The translations under genes and the position numbers were made by a program. This document shows, piece by piece, positions 62,741 through 64,000 of a DNA stretch of 64,000 nucleotides. Under the pieces are notes generated by a model. It saw nothing but the letters and a program-made list of their open reading frames with translations, ran no database searches and was not told the origin of the DNA. The stretch is from Collinsella sp. Its GTDB lineage: Bacteria > Actinomycetota > Coriobacteriia > Coriobacteriales > Coriobacteriaceae. Within the stretch, counting starts at the first letter, position 1. The number at the start of each line of letters is the position of its first letter. The stretch spans positions 35,564-99,563 of the forward strand of contig DBFVZT010000090.1 in NCBI GenBank assembly GCA_048486575.1, given 5' to 3'.

Positions 62741-63042
62741 ACAGAACAGCTGTCGAGCCCTCACCAGCCTCTCAAGCCCAAAGTGATCATCACCGGCAAC
62801 GCCTGCACTCCCAGCAACGGCGCCCAGCCATTCAGATTTTCAGCCCCAGCTCGTAGCCAAGCCGCCGTCCACCCCAGATTCCCTGATCGCTACGTGGCAG
62901 CAGGGACCCTACAGGGTAAAGCTCTGAAAACAATCCGCAAGGCGCGAGAAGCCCCGCCGCACGTAGTGCGCAGCGGGGCTTCTCGCATGCCTGAGGACGT
63001 TTTCAGAGCTTTACCCTGTAGGGTCCCGAGGGGATATGTGAG

Positions 63043-64000
63043 CTACTCAGCCATCTGAGCCTGGACGGCGGTGATGGCCACGACACCCACGATGTCGTCG
63101 GCAGAGCAGCCGCGCGACAGGTCGTTAACCGGCTTGGCGATGCCCTGCAGGATGGGGCCGTAAGCGTCGGCGCCGGCGAAGCGCTGGACCAGCTTGTAGC
63201 CGATGTTGCCGGCCTCGAGGTCGGGGAACACGAGCACGTTGGCCTTACCGGCAACGGAGGAACCGGGAGCCTTGAGCTGGGCGACGGTGGGAACGATGGC
63301 GGCGTCGAGCTGCAGGTCGCCGTCGATGGCGAGCTCGGGAGCCTTCTCCTTGCAGAACTTCACAGCCTCCTGGACCTTCTTGGCGACCTCGCCGCCGGCG
63401 GAGCCCATGGTGGAGTAGGAGAGCATGGCCACGTGCGGCTCAACGTTGCCCATGAAGGTGGACCAGGAGTGAGCGGAGGCGATGGCGATCTCGGAGAGCT
63501 CGTCGGAGGACGGGTTGATGTTGAGGCCGCAGTCGGCGAAGATCAGCGTGCCGTCGGTGCCGAACTGCGGAGTGTCGGTGCACATCACGAAGAAGGCCGA
63601 CACCAACTTGGTGCCCGGGGCGGTCTTGAGGATCTGCAGCGCGGGGCGCAGCGTGTCGGCGGTGGAGTGGCAGGCGCCGGAGACCAGGCCGTCGGCGTCG
63701 CCCATCTTGACCATCATGGTGCCAAAGTAGGTAGCATCCATCACCTGGGCGCGAGCCTGCTCGATGGTGACGCCCTTCTTGGCGCGGAGCTCGGCAAACT
63801 TCTGCGCGTACTCCTCGTGCTTCTCGGCATTGCGCGGGTCGATGACGGTAGCGCCGGGAACGTTGATCTCGTCGGGGTTGCCCAGGATGACGATCTTTGC
63901 CAGGCCCTCCTCGATGATCTTGGTGGCTGCGACGATGGTGCGCGGATCCTCGCCCTCGGGCAGGACGATCGTCTTAAGGTCGGCCTTGGCGGCAGACTTC
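63043..64000 (-). CDS. pta: Phosphate acetyltransferase (5'-truncated by window)
   Basis: IVLPEGED, DGLVSGA, FADCG, DGDLQLDAA, FPDLEAGNIGYK, PVNDLSRG. Confidence 0.95.
   Translation of the reverse strand, partial: KSAAKADLKTIVLPEGEDPRTIVAATKIIEEGLAKIVILGNPDEINVPGATVIDPRNAEKHEEYAQKFAELRAKKGVTIEQARAQVMDATYFGTMMVKMGDADGLVSGACHSTADTLRPALQILKTAPGTKLVSAFFVMCTDTPQFGTDGTLIFADCGLNINPSSDELSEIAIASAHSWSTFMGNVEPHVAMLSYSTMGSAGGEVAKKVQEAVKFCKEKAPELAIDGDLQLDAAIVPTVAQLKAPGSSVAGKANVLVFPDLEAGNIGYKLVQRFAGADAYGPILQGIAKPVNDLSRGCSADDIVGVVAITAVQAQMAE

Noticed and set aside
62618..63058. 146-aa ORF in the ackA2-pta spacer
   Set aside because: Runs through repeats and terminator hairpins, with no RBS or protein-like features.

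Overview
High-GC chromosomal window, most consistent with a Coriobacteriia (Collinsella-like) gut actinobacterium; this is inferred from gene content and codon style, not from a search. Left to right it holds: the 3' part of pgi; a ~3.5 kb integrase-less islet bounded by a duplicated pgi 3' end plus terminator, encoding an unknown protein, ClpP and a soluble VirD4/TraG-like ATPase; a ~14 kb expanded fructosamine (Amadori compound) catabolic locus with a visible GntR operator; tatD/tcdA, sdpR-sdpI, ettA, nadE and ldh; a lysine-riboswitch-controlled lysA-dapA fusion/dapB/dapH operon with divergent dapL; an XRE + Ser/Thr kinase cassette; D-Asp ligase/racemase; a tryptophan ECF transporter with two S components under an unlisted WWW leader-peptide attenuator; an LPXTG C69 peptidase; rnd, xseAB, hinT; a lower-GC LysR-MFS pair; tandem ackA paralogs; and pta. 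I saw no rRNA, tRNA, CRISPR array, integrase or transposase. The best candidates for something undescribed are the pgi-integrated ClpP/VirD4-like islet, the expanded Amadori locus with non-canonical amidohydrolases, and the unusual Trp attenuator architecture. Several CDS starts were moved from the ORF track to RBS-supported codons.
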